DNA of 64,000 bases from Octopus sinensis (GCF_006345805.1 NC_043002.1:66588001-66652000); one strand, 5' to 3'. Positions 21,311 to 34,050 are shown, counted from the first letter of the stretch. Made by a program: numbers and translations. The notes: generated by a model not told the origin, from the sequence alone.

Positions 21311-23304
21311 ATAATTATAACATACATACGTACATACGCACAAGCATACACACGCACGCAGCTGAAATGTAACTGTCCTAAAAATGAATGGAATAAATAC
21401 AAGAATGAACTGTAATCTCAGAAGACAGTTGTTGGTCGGGCGGATACCAGATCGGTTATTTCGCTTAATGTGGTAGGCAATCCCGTTAATAATGACGGAA
21501 TAATTCTTTCAATACCTGAAGGGGTGGGATGGAAAAAGGATGGGTTTTGTTATTAGAGACTGGATGCTAAAAAAGATAACAGGAAACATCTGATGAAATA
21601 AAGCGTTTACTTTTGACAGATGGATTATGTTAAAAATCATAAACACAGTCGGAATATTTGAAGATAGTTCCGACTGAAACGTAAAAATGCTACATATTGT
21701 TATTAATGCCATGCGTTTCATGAAACACATATTAACTCCCTCTTTTCGAACTATCCTGGTAAACATTTAAGTCGAAATTCTCACTAAACAATTAATGAGG
21801 GAAGCTCTTCTGAATTTAAGAATAGTTACATCAAGACAAAACTTCTCGTCTGTCGTTTCATATCTCGAAAACAGACGACATGCATTCGAGCCGCCATTTA
21901 TTTAACTAAATGTGATGAGGGTTCTTATTCTGTTCCAGTTACTTCATACACAAAACCCACCACAGATAATGTTAGTTCTTCTCTGAGAACGGTATAAAGC
22001 TTATTTTTATTCGGCTATTTAAAAAAAATATATGTACTTGCAGGGTCAAATTCTACCGGTTTGCCTTCTGCTATAAAACTGAAGCATGAAGAGAAACAAG
22101 TATTTTGAAGTCACCACACCTCAGTTTCTAGAATGTCACGTGGTTCTCGCGTGTTTTTGATCCGAATTTTAATTAACTTTTGCTTCCACAAATGTTCTTT
22201 GGCATCGAAAACTCGCCATAACAAGATTGTAACTTCGATATTTAACTTCTAAATAAGCTCTTCGATATGTATTTACTGCGCATGCATTTACATATCACAC
22301 ACTCAAAAACACACACACACACACACACACAAACATACGCACACAAGCCCCCCCCCCACACACGCATACATACGCTCCCAGTGTTTTCGTGTGTATGCGT
22401 ATGCGTATGCGTGTGAAGGTCTGATATATCTGTACATATATGCATGTATTTGCATATTTGTGTGTGTGTGTGTGTGTGTGTGTTGTGTGTGTGTGAATGA
22501 GTGTGTCTACGAGTGAGTGTGTGAGTATATGAGCGAGTGAGGCAATGTGTATACGTGTAAAAACTAAAGTGGCCCGGGCTAAATTTCAATGGCTTAAACA
22601 AATTCTTTGGTAACGGGGACAATGCCGCCCCCTTTGTGAAAATACGAGAAAAATATGAAGAAAAGTGACATACACTATGATTGTAAGTTCTTCAGTTCGT
22701 TGTTTCTTGCCCCTCCTCTGAAGACAACTGTAGCAATAATTATTGCGCAGTTGTTCTCTAGTAAAACTATATGCTATCAAAGGGGGCTGGGTACCTGGTA
22801 GGGCTTAGCAAGCAATTGACTCCTGCCTGTGTTCTTTAAATACATCCAGTTTGCAGATGCGTAACCAGCTTTATGACATACAAACACATAGTAACACAGT
22901 CACACCAATACACACTTATGTTTACAATGGAACCTCTCTTGTCTCTCGCCTTTCTAGAATAGAAAACCAAATTTCCCTCAACTCGCTAACTGCCGTCTTA
23001 GAAAGATGGAAGGGCATGCACAAGATAGCGTAATTCTAGGTATTCCACCAAAAGGAAAACAGAAAAACAACAAACAAGATAAAAATGAACGTATGTTTTT
23101 GGATGGAATATGCTTAACTATAAGGCTTGTTCTATCAGGTTTGGACTGGAGATAAACAACAAGAACAACATCAAGAACTACGATAGAACCTTAAAATAAC
23201 TCGCAAGTATATTATCTTTGCAAGTATTTCGTTTGCCTTTGTCGTGTGTGTTTCCAAACACTCACGCGCATTTAAGTACATTCATGTATATGTGTATCTT
23301 TAAT

Positions 23305-23672
23305 CTTTTATCGTTTTGCTTATTTCAGTCATTAGTCTGTTGCCATGCTGGAGCACCACCGCCTTGGGAAATTTTAGCCGAACAAATTGACCCACCCCAG
23401 TACTTATGCTATCTGTCTCTTATGCCGAACCGCTAAGTTATGGGGACTTAAATACACCAACACCAGTTGTCAAGCGGTGTGGAAAACACACACAGACACA
23501 CATAGACACACACACATACGATGGCCCTCTTTCAGTTTCCGTCTACCAAATCCACTCAAGGCCTTGGGCGGCCTTAAGGCAATAGTAGAGGATACTCGAT
23601 CAAGTTGCCACACTGAACCCGGAACCGTGTGGCTGGGAAACAAACTTCTTATCATAGAGAGCCACATTTGCG
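23305..23672 (-). mobile_element. Diverged SINE-A, copy 1 of the duplication
   Basis: CCATGCTGGAGCACCACCGCC...TTTCAGTTTCCGTCTACCAAATCCACTCA. Confidence 0.85.
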
Positions 23673-24725
23673 CATGCCCTTTCTTTATTTTACAGAGGAA
23701 TTAGAAAAGTGTCATAAGCCCGTTCTCCATGACCTCCGACACAGTTGTGAGGACAGGAAGTTATTTTCCGAACTGAAGTCCACGGATTTCAACAGAGTAA
23801 AGTCCGTCAAACACTTTCAAGGATGAGGATGATAGCATTAATACCGGAGAGGCATTAAGTCCATCACCTATGCATGAGTGTGTGTGTGTGTGTGTGTGTG
23901 GTGTGTGTGTGTGTGAATGAGTGTGTCTACGAGTGAGTGTGTGAGTATATGAGCGAGTGAGGCAATGTGTATACGTGTAAAAACTAAAGTGGCCCGGGCT
24001 AAATTTCAATGGCTTAAACAAATTCTTTGGTACGGGGACAATGCCGCCCCCTTTGTGAAAATACGAGAAAAATATGAAGAAAAGTGACATACACTATGAT
24101 TGTAAGTTCTTCAGTTCGTTGTTTCTTGCCCCTCCTCTGAAGACAACTGTAGCAATAATTATTGCGCAGTTGTTCTCTAGTAAAACTATATGCTATCAAA
24201 GGGGGCTGGGTACCTTGGTAGGGCTTAGCAAGCAATTGACTCCTGCCTGTGTTCTTTAAATACATCCAGTTTGCAGATGCGTAACCAGCTTTATGACATA
24301 CAAACACATAGTAACACAGTCACACCAATACACACTTATGTTTACAATGGAACCTCTCTTGTCTCTCGCCTTTCTAGAAATAGAAAACCAAATTTCCCTC
24401 AACTCGCTAACTGCCGTCTTAGAAAGATGGAAGGGCATGCACAAGATAGCGTAATTCTAGGTATTCCACCAAAAGGAAAACAGAAAAACAACAAACAAGA
24501 TAAAAATGAACGTATGTTTTTGGATGGAATATGCTTAACTATAAGGCTTGTTCTATCAGGTTTGGACTGGAGATAAACAACAAGAACAACATCAAGAACT
24601 ACGATAGAACCTTAAAATAACTCGCAAGTATATTATCTTTGCAAGTATTTCGTTTGCCTTTGTCGTGTGTGTTTCCAAACACTCACGCGCATTTAAGTAC
24701 ATTCATGTATATGTGTATCTTTAAT

Positions 24726-25093
24726 CTTTTATCGTTTTGCTTATTTCAGTCATTAGTCTGTTGCCATGCTGGAGCACCACCGCCTTGGGAAATTTTAGCC
24801 GAACAAATTGACCCACCCCAGTACTTATGCTATCTGTCTCTTATGCCGAACCGCTAAGTTATGGGGACTTAAATACACCAACACCAGTTGTCAAGCGGTG
24901 TGGAAAACACACACAGACACACATAGACACACACACATACGATGGCCTTCTTTCAGTTTCCGTCTACCAAATCCACTCAAGGCCTTGGGCGGCCTTAAGG
25001 CAATAGTAGAGGATACTCGATCAAGTTGCCACACTGAACCCGGAACCGTGTGGCTGGGAAACAAACTTCTTATCATAGAGAGCCACATTTGCG
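24726..25093 (-). mobile_element. Diverged SINE-A, copy 2 of the duplication
   Basis: Same as 23305-23672 at +1421. Confidence 0.85.
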
Positions 25094-25727
25094 CATGCCC
25101 TTTCTTTATTTTACAGAGGAATTAGAAAAGTGTCATAAGCCCGTTCTCCATGACCTCCGACACAGTTGTGAGGACAGGAAGTTATTTTCCGAACTGAAGT
25201 CCACGGATTTCAACAGAGTAAAGTCCGTCAAACACTTTCAAGGATGAGGATGATAGCATTAATACCGGAGAGGCATTAAGTCCATCACCTATGCATGAGT
25301 GTGTGTGTGTGTGTGTGCGTGTGTGTGTGTATTTGTGTATGCACGTGAAAGTGAGTACTTATGTAAAGGCTCGTGTGCGTATATACGTGCGCGCCTGTTT
25401 GTTTGTTCGCGGAGTGCGCGTGCGTGTAAGGAAAACGATTCCTATTTTTAGGTTCTTTAAAGACCACCGAAGCGAAGTTTTCGATGGGCGAGATTGTGGC
25501 TTTGATAAGTCGAACGTATCTCCGTACGAGTTTCATATATGTATGTGTGTGCGTGCGTGTGTGTTTGTGTGTGTGTGTGCGCGCGTACGTGTGTGTGCGT
25601 GTACGTGTGCATGTGGGTGGGTGCGCGACTGCCTGTGTGTGTCGCCTCTATGTTATATATACATATAGATATACATACATACGTATACACACACATATGT
25701 ACATATGTATGTAAATACATATATATA

Positions 25728-26727
25728 AATTGGGTTGGGACCTAAGTTCCCGCCGTTTTTTTAAATTTAAATATTTTAAAAGGTTTGATAAAAAAAATAA
25801 CAGCTAATTAATCAATAATGTATTCACCTTTGTTGCTTACAACTTCTTCCCAACGTCCAACAAGTTTTCAATACCTCGTTGGTAGAAATCACCCGATTAC
25901 GACTCGAAAAATTGATCCAACCAAGCTCTCAATTCTGCATCAGTATTGAACGAAACTCCGCGCATAGCATTTGAAAGAGATCGAAAGAGGTGGAAATCCG
26001 TTGGTGCCAAATCAGAAGAGTGTGGCGAGTGTGGCAGCACTTCCCAGCCATGCGTTTGAGTGGCTTCCTTGGTCATATTGGCGATATGAGGGCGGGCGTT
26101 GTCGTGCAGCAGAAGAACTCCATGCTGCCGATTAGGTCTTTTCTCTTGAACAGCTGTGTTGAGTCGTTCCATCTGTTGAACATAGAGTTCGCGTTGACCG
26201 CTTGGTTCCGTTCAAGCAATTCGTAATGGATTATCCCTTCCCAGTCCTACCAGACGCACAACATCGTTTTACGCGGATAAAGATCTTGTTTCACGCGCGG
26301 TATCGCTTGTTTACCGGGGCTAATCCATTCCTTACGCTGCTTCATATTGATGTACAGGTACCATTTTTCATCGCAAGTAACGATTCGGTAAAGAAATCGT
26401 TGCTTGTATTCATGAGTTGAGCGGTGACGAGCAAGCAAACCAGCGGAGATTGTGGCTCGTTGATTTTTGTTTGTTGTTACTTAAAGCATACGGAACCCAT
26501 GCTCCATACTTCTGAACCTTTCCCATTGAGTGAAGATGCTTCTCTATAGTAGTGCGGGAGCATTCCATTTTCTCTGCCAGTTCCCTTGTCGTTTGACGAG
26601 AATTTTCGTGCAAAAGTTGGTTTAATCGCTCTTCATCGAACTTAACTGGACGACCAGATTGAAGTGGGTCTTTGAGGTAAATTTCCATTTTTGAACTTGA
26701 CATACCAATCACGAGCGGTTCTTTCAG
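25728..26727 (-). mobile_element. Mariner DNA transposon, 5'-truncated, one TIR retained
   Basis: TIR-like TTGGGTTGGGACCTAAGTTCCC at about 25730-25751 followed by transposase relic; the other end is missing. Confidence 0.93.
25808..26727 (-). pseudogene. Mariner DD34D transposase pseudogene (several frameshifts and stops)
   Basis: Motifs ERTARDWYVKFKNG, SGRP, WVPYAL (WVPHEL), VTCDEKW, HDNARPH and SSDLAPTDFHLF; 34 residues between second and third D; terminal TAA at 25808-25810. Confidence 0.95.
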
Positions 26728-27320
26728 TCCTGGCTAAGAAGGAATATATTCACAGACACGACAGAGTTGGGACCTACATACACTGGAAGCTATGCCAACA
26801 TTATGGAATAACAACAGAAAAAAGATGGTATAGGCACACACCAGACAAGGTCACAGAAAACGAGAAAGCAACCATACTCTGGGATATTCCAATACACACA
26901 GATAGAGAAATTAAGGCCAACAGGCCAGATATAGTTGTCAGAGATCACGAAGAAAAAAATGCTTTCTAATTGATGTATCAATACCAATAGATGACAACGT
27001 CTCTCTAAAAGAAATGGAGAAACTTTCAAAATACAAAGACCTGGAAATAGAGGTAACTCGAAAGTGGAATCTAAAAACAGAAACAATTCCTATCATAGTG
27101 GGTGCATTAGGTATGATAAAAAGATATTCAGACAAATACATAACAAAAACACCAGGACTTACAAACACATATAACATAGAGAAAATTGCACTACTGGGTA
27201 CTGCACACATCCTACGCAGAACACTTTCCATACAGTAACCATCAGAGCATCACAACAAATCACTGAACATACTCAAGGCACTGTGTGAAGTGAAAGCATG
27301 CTATAAAAATAAAACTACTG
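26725..27320 (+). mobile_element. 5'-truncated R4/Dong-like non-LTR retrotransposon 3' end
   Basis: RLE-domain coding region, then a short 3' UTR and (AAT)n tail. Confidence 0.88.
26728..27238 (+). pseudogene. Restriction-like endonuclease (PD-D/ExK) C-terminal domain of a non-LTR ORF, one frameshift
   Basis: VLAKKEYIHRHDRVGTYIHWKLC...ILWD...NRPDIVV...[1-nt deletion in A7 at 26953-26959]...CFLIDVSIP...KLSKYKDL...PIIVGALG...TAHILRRTL*. Confidence 0.92.
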
Positions 27321-27330
27321 AATGATAATG

Positions 27331-27408
<78 letters not shown>

Positions 27409-27410
27409 TT
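27321..27410. repeat. (AAT)n tail/target microsatellite
   Basis: Direct reading. Confidence 0.98.
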
Positions 27411-27558
27411 TATAGGATTGAAGTTACTCCTCCAGAAAGTAAAGAAGCAATAAAGAAGACTGCCACTGTTATCAAATGAACGATATTTGGTAACAGTCGC
27501 ACTCTTCTTTATTGGTTCTTTACTTTCTGAGGGAGTAACTTCAGTTCTATAAATATTA
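27404..27558. repeat. Imperfect hairpin, 74-bp arms, 7-nt loop
   Basis: 27404-27477 vs reverse complement of 27485-27558: 8 mismatches, no indels; a further inverted copy of the hairpin centre lies at about 27620-27660. Confidence 0.9.
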
Positions 27559-27660
27559 CCAAAATGAAGTAGATTGACAAGTTTACTTTTGAACCTGTGG
27601 AAGACACACGAGATGTCGAAATATCGTTCATTTGATAACAGTTGCTCTCTCATTTATTGC

Positions 27661-27700
<40 letters not shown>

Positions 27701-27701
27701 T

Positions 27702-27742
<41 letters not shown>

Positions 27743-27756
27743 AATAATAATAATAG

Positions 27757-27960
27757 TTGCTTTCTACTATAGGTACAAGGCCTGAAATTTGGTGGGAGGA
27801 GACTGGTCGATGACATCGATCTCAGTTGTTCAGCTGGTACTTAATTTATCGACTTCGAAAGGATGAAAGCGAAAGTCGACCTCAGCGGAATTTGAACTCA
27901 GAAAGATGAAGACGGACGAAATACCGCCAAGCATTTCGTACGGCGTGTTAACGATTCTAA
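27757..27960 (-). mobile_element. SINE-B with (AAT)n/(GAT)n tail at 27660-27756
   Basis: GATGAAAGCGAAAGTCGACCTCAGCGGAATTTGAACTCAG core. Confidence 0.85.
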
Positions 27961-29154
27961 TGACAATAATTGTAAATAAAATTTCGGTGCGTGACTTTTG
28001 GCCCACCCTGTATATAAAGTTGTCTGTGTACTTGCACATTTGTATGCGTGTGAACATCCATGTAAAATATATTTCTGTATCGGCTCCTTCACCCCCCCCA
28101 CCCACCCTTCCGCACACATACACACCCACATCCCCACCTCATTGCCCTTCGTTCTCCTTATACTGATTACCATCATGCTGTATCCGACTGTCACCCCTTC
28201 AACCACCCTCTAACATATTCTACGAAGCACATTATTCTCAGTTCTATCACCCAACACCACACCCTCTCCCTTCATTTGCTCAAAAATATCAAATTCTACT
28301 TCTCAGCGTTGTGGCTTCTTTCAACATGGACCCTCCCCCTAATCAGAACCATTCTTCACCTGCCTTAACCGCTACTTTGATCTCTCTCTATTAATATATA
28401 TATAAAAACCAAGAATTTTTATGCTCCAATGAATCTCATTCACAAATATTTATGCCAGTTCTGTTACCATCCCACCAACACGCTTTCACACTATATCACA
28501 ATGACGAACTTATTAAACTTATCTCCCTTTATTTATCACAAAAGGGCTATACTTTACATAACGAGTAACTCTGGAAATATAGTTGTGCCACTATGGGTAA
28601 ATATAGCTTACAATAGAATAATTTACTTCGTTTTTTTTTTTTTATCTGGTTGGCAAGATTCTTTATGTGAACTCGTGTGGTGAAGCAAATAATGTAGTGT
28701 TTGGGGAGAGTCGTATTGTCTTAATGCCTTATTATTTAACACATTCACTGGTTCGATTTCCACTCATTTAGTATTTGTATTTTTTCTTCCAAAAGTTTCG
28801 TTGCCTTTTGTAACTTTGTCAATGATTATAATTGAAATATGGCTTACAATACAATCATTATAATTGAACTTTTACAAGCAAATATCTTCTTATATAAAAT
28901 GGTGGAATGGATACTGATTTTCAAAAGAAAATTATTTGTTGCCTTAAAATAAAATAAAATAAAATAAATTTCTCATTTGTATAACTCCACCATTAACTAC
29001 TTTGTCATTTACACCCTTTTCCTCCACTCCCGTTCTGCCTCTCAAATTCTTTCTCTCTCCCTGCGTGTGAAGGATGTAGCGTTCTTTTTACTCATTGTCT
29101 GCCATCAAGCCTACTATGAGAACACATCCACCATCCCATATTCTTATTCTTTCT

Positions 29155-29265
29155 AAACCTAGTACTCATTCTGTCGGGCTCTTTTGCCGAACTGCTAGGT
29201 TAGCGGACGTAAACACACCAACATCGGTTGTCAAGGTTGGGGGGGGGGACAAACACAGAGACAAA
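29155..29265 (-). mobile_element. SINE-A tail half (head half at 29903-30030)
   Basis: CTCTTTTGCCGAACTGCTAGGTTAGCGGACGTAAACACACCAACATCGGTTGTCAAG. Confidence 0.85.
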
Positions 29266-29293
29266 TAACAAATACACACATACATGTATGTAC

Positions 29294-29362
<69 letters not shown>

Positions 29363-29509
29363 CGAACTTTTTAAAAAAATTCTATCGGCCAGCTTTCCCC
29401 GATTTCAGTTCTTCGTGTTTTTTTCTGTAGCGAGTAAATATTATGTGGAAATTGACGATTTAAAAGTCTGTTATCAGCGTATTGGCATTGAAATAATATT
29501 CTTTAGTCC

Positions 29510-29850
29510 TTATTTATAAGTTGTATATAGTCGTAAGACACCCGCTGTTTTTGTCCTGTTTTTACCATTATTGTTTTTTGTATTTTATATTCGTGTGACA
29601 TCGTCCGAATTTTCTGTCCCTGTTTCGTATACATTCGATCCTTCTTCCAAGAAATCTAATGCTCGTAGCTTAGTTTTCCTTGGGGCTGGCCAGATCGGAG
29701 CGATCTCAAGTTTAATCAGCCGAAATTGCTAGGATGATCCGGTTCTTGACTGAAGATTGAAGGCTTCGAATGTCCGTCCCGTCCGTTTTTTGTATCGTCT
29801 TCTAAATGTTTTACGTTCTTGTCCCAGTTTGTATTTTTCTACATATGATA
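29510..29850 (+). mobile_element. Family P6 element inside the split SINE-A
   Basis: Homologous to the reverse complement of 997-1350; (TA)n at 29295-29360 and 29850-29900. Confidence 0.65.
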
Positions 29851-29868
29851 TATATATATATATAATAT

Positions 29869-29901
<33 letters not shown>

Positions 29902-29902
29902 G

Positions 29903-30030
29903 CGACGGGCTTCTTTCAGTTTCTGTCTACCAAATTCACTCACAAGGCTTTGGTCGGTCCGAGGCTATAGTGGAAGACACTTGCCCAAGGTGCCACGCAG
30001 TTAGACTGAACCCAGAACCATGTGGTCAGG
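29903..30030 (-). mobile_element. SINE-A head half
   Basis: CGACGGGCTTCTTTCAGTTTCTGTCTACCAAATTCACTCACAAGGCTTTGGTCGG...GAACCATGTGG. Confidence 0.88.
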
Positions 30031-30334
30031 AACTCTCCTTGTATCTCTCTTCTCTCTGTCCGATATAAAGCGTGACTAGAAGAATTAACCAACCAACCAA
30101 CCAGCCAGCCAGCCAGCCAACCAGCCAATCAACTTTTGTATTGGCTATTATTACATAGAGATTTTATTCTAATCAGTAAAAAATTATTGTTAGGGTTGCG
30201 TACCTCACCGAAAGGGCTGATTAATGTTTATTCATTTCCAAACTACCCACCTACAAATTCCTTGCTTTCAAATGAAATCAAATAAATATGAAGCAAGATC
30301 CTTTAAGAAACCAATCCCTCCATAATTTTAACAA

Positions 30335-30662
30335 CTGATACTCCGTCAGTTACGATGATGAGAATTCCAGTTGATCCGATCAACGGAAATAGCCTGTTCG
30401 TGAAATTAACGTGCAAGTGGCTGAGCACTCTATAGACACACGTACCCTTAAAGTAGTTCTAAGGGAGATTCAACTTGGCATGGAATGTGGAAAGGATGGC
30501 ACTTTGAATTACAGGTACAACTCATTTTTTAGAGAGCTGACTGGAATGGGGCAACGTGAAATAAAGTGTCTTGCTCAAGGACACAACATCCAGCCAGCAA
30601 TCGAACTCACGACGTTACGATCGTGAGCCTATTGCCCTAACCACACAGCCGTGCGCCTTCAC
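30335..30662 (-). mobile_element. SINE family C
   Basis: GCAACGTGAAATAAAGTGTCTTGCTCAAGGACACAAC core; tRNA-like head at the right end. Confidence 0.85.
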
Positions 30663-30677
30663 TACAACACACCTACA

Positions 30678-31036
30678 GGAGGCGCAATGGTCCAATGGTT
30701 AGGGCAACGGACTCGCGGTCGGAGGATCGCGGTTTCGATTCCCAGACCGGGCGTTGTGTGTGTTTATTGAGCGAAAACACCTAAAGCTCCACGAGGCTCC
30801 GGCAGGGGGGGGGGCGACCCCTGTTGTACCTTTTCGCTCCAACTTTCTCTCACTCTTTCTTCCTGTTTCTTATCCCCGACTTCCTACGCAACCGCTGAGC
30901 CTGGATGCACATTCATCCATCCGTCGATGCTCTCGGTGTCGGGGGTTGACCTGCTTTCTCTTCTGCGAATAGCAAAGGACCACGTTTCGGACTTCTCCCA
31001 CTCTGGGACGAAGACCGCTTCGCTCAACAGCAATAG
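30678..31036 (+). mobile_element. SINE family D (tRNA-derived), complete, 13-bp TSD
   Basis: A-box-like TGGTCCAATGG, B-box-like GTTTCGATTCC; perfect TSD CAACACACCTACA at 30665-30677 and 31037-31049. Confidence 0.92.
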
Positions 31037-31317
31037 CAACACACCTACAAACACACATAAACATATACACACAAACACACTCACAAAACACAGCCCACAC
31101 TTTTGATCCAAATACAACCACTTTTTCTCGAATCAGTTACGGGCCGTAACTAGACAAGCATCAGTTGTCAAACACGATACCACGTACGCGCGCGCAAACA
31201 CACACACACTCACAAGTCATTGGTCAATCCATATCTATAGAAAATAACTTACCCAATGTTTCACACGCAAAACGACGAAGACATGAATCAAGCTTTTTAA
31301 ATCTAGACAGGTCTGCG

Positions 31318-31357
31318 TATATATGTATGTGTGTGTTTATGTATGTATGTGTGTGTG

Positions 31358-31389
<32 letters not shown>

Positions 31390-31659
31390 TGTATGTATGT
31401 ATGTATGTATGTATGTATGTATGTATGCATGTATGTATGTATGTATGCATGCATGTATATGTATGTATGCATATGTATGTATGTACGTATGTATGTATGT
31501 ATGTGTATGTATGTATATATATGTATATGTATGTATGCGTATGTATGTATGTATGCATGTGTATGTATGTGTATATATATGTATCTATGTATGTGTATGT
31601 ATGTATGTGTATTATGAATGTATTATACGTATATATGTATATGTACATACATACATACA

Positions 31660-31693
<34 letters not shown>

Positions 31694-31710
31694 CATACAT
31701 ACATACATAT

Positions 31711-31743
<33 letters not shown>

Positions 31744-31750
31744 TATATAT
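31318..31750. repeat. (TATG)n followed by inverted (CATA)n microsatellite
   Basis: Direct reading. Confidence 0.93.
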
Positions 31751-32524
31751 AGTGGACGTAAACAAACCAACATCGATTCTCAAGCAATGTAGACGGATCC
31801 ACAAAAAGAAAGGCACTCATACACACACACATACATACACACATATGTATATACTATATATGCATGTAGTTTAAGTGTGTATATGTCTGTGTATGTGTGA
31901 GTGTGTATGTGTTTGTGTGTGTGTGAGTGTATGTGTTACTAATTTTCAAAACAGATCCCCCTCTAAAAATAATGTCATCTATACACAACCAAATTTATAT
32001 ATACACAAATCTACATACATGCCATTTCTGTGTGAATGCATGCACAAGATTTCGGAAGTGTTTCAATCCATGCGTACGTGTGCGAATGTGTGTACGTATG
32101 TGTGCGTATATGCGTACGCATGCGAGTATACATAGTGCGTGTGTGCGTGCGTGTGCATGCGCGCGCGCGTACATGCGTGTGTACATTTCTATTAGTATTT
32201 GATAGCATTCATTTGTGTCGCTAAGTATGTTTGTTTTTAAACGTTATAGCAGCGATGCTATTGTCGGTTTGAGCAAAACAGAAGCAAAAAAAAAAAAAAA
32301 TTGCTAAAGAAACAAGCCGTCCCCTTTTCAAGCAAGCAAGGTAATGAAGATAAAAAAAAAATTCTACTTGGAAGCAAGGGCATGAGTTATAGATAGGAGA
32401 GAGGGAAAGAAAGAAGAGAGAGAGAGAGAGAGAGAGAGAGAAGTGTGGGGGCTGAGATAGAAGAGATATGATGACTTAGAAGAGGGTGGATGAATTTGAA
32501 GTGAACAGGAAAACTGATGTATTC

Positions 32525-32872
32525 ACGTGTATGTATGTATGTATGTATGTATGTATGTATGTATGTATGTATGTATGTATGTGAGTATGTATGTATGTAT
32601 GTATGCGGGTATGTATGTATGTATGTATGCGTGTATATATGTATGTATGCGGGTATGTATGTATGTATGTATGCGTGTATGTAAGTATATATGTATGTAT
32701 TTATGTATCAATGTATGTGTGTATATATATGTATGTATGTGTATGTATTTATGTATGCATTTTTGTATGAATGTATATATATATGTAATGTATGTATATA
32801 TATTTATGTATAAATGTACTTGTCTTTGTGTGTGTGTATATATATATAAATGTGTATATATATATATATATC

Positions 32873-32909
<37 letters not shown>

Positions 32910-32930
32910 GTGTGTATGTATGTATGTATA
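32525..32930. repeat. (TATG)n/(TA)n compound microsatellite
   Basis: Direct reading. Confidence 0.93.
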
Positions 32931-33849
32931 CAACTGAATGCATCTGTGTGAGGTGCTTATCTACAAGCGCGTGCGTTTGTGCGCGTGTGTGTACGACGTT
33001 TCATAAATATAGAGTTATTTATGCGCATACACCTACACAATCACATGTATTCATATATCCATATGCATATACGCACACACGCGCGCTCAGGCAAAGGTTT
33101 ACATATACACATATATCTATGTATGTACGCGTGTGTACGAGCATGTGAATTTGTGCGTATGTGTAGTTATGTGTGTGATCGTGTGCGTGACTGTGTGAGT
33201 GTGATTCTGTGTGCGCGTGTGTCTGTGTCTGTGAGTAGATTATAAGTGTTCGTGCGTGATAGGGAAGAAAAAAATTGCTGTGGTTTTATCGTAAAAATGC
33301 TCGAGACGCCTTGTAAATTGAGACACTAATATTCCACTTCGTATGGTCCTATAAATAGAGAGACAAGAGTTTAATCTTGGTGTATTTTTAGCCACATATC
33401 CATATCCTATGGGCCAAAAACAATGGCGTCGACAACTTCCGGTCTACTGGCTGAAGTTACTCAATAAATCAACTAAGAAACCACGAAAGAAAACCGAAAT
33501 TTCGAAAAACTCAATCCATCTTTTTGGAGATAAAAATAACTTTGTCTTGATATTTCATGTTTTAAAATAAAAACGATAATGCTTGGTGAATCTCTTCAAT
33601 TTAGTGAGTTACAAACCAGTGTTTAAAAGTGGATGAACGTTTCAGCTTCCTGTAACGTAATGGCGGTATATTGAAAAATAATGATACCTGTAATATTACC
33701 TGTAGTATTGAATCTCATAGAGTAAAAATATAATCATACGATGTTAATCACTATTTGTAAGAAACAAAAGCTTTTTGTTTTCTTTATCAGCAAATAACTA
33801 TTAACGTTTAATAAACTCCACAATAATACAAGGCATTCATAAAGCTGGA

Positions 33850-34050
33850 AGCTGACAGAATCATACATTAACTTGCTGGGCAAAATGCTTAGCGACATTT
33901 CGTCTGTCCTCTTGTTCTGAGTTCGAATTCCGCCAAGATCGACTTTGCCTTTCATCTTTTTGGGATCGATAAAATAATACAAGTTGATCACTTGGGTCGA
34001 TGTAATCCCTAAAATATTGCTGCCTCTGTGCCAAAATTTGAAACCAATGT
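33850..34050 (+). mobile_element. SINE-B
   Basis: TTCTGAGTTCGAATTCCGCCAAGATCGACTTTGCCTTTCATC core. Confidence 0.82.

Larger units (their letters stand above)
22460..25316. repeat. Near-identical tandem duplication, period 1420-1421 bp, breakpoints in (TG)n tracts
   Basis: Unique sequence 22495-23878 repeats at 23915-25299; I found only three 1-nt indels and one substitution. Confidence 0.97.

Noticed and set aside
21645-21690. 9-bp hairpin CAGTCGGAA/TTCCGACTG followed by AAACGTA
   Set aside because: No CUGANGA box adjacent to the stem and no stem I; not callable as a ribozyme or terminator.
27965-28012. Tc1/mariner-like terminus TACAGGGTGGGCCAAAAGT (minus strand)
   Set aside because: Single short end with no partner TIR or coding remnant found.
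29740-29785. P6 family CTGAAGA...GAATGTC as a hammerhead (also 1090-1115 minus)
   Set aside because: The GAAA box and A15.1-U16.1 pair are missing and stem I does not pair in either copy.
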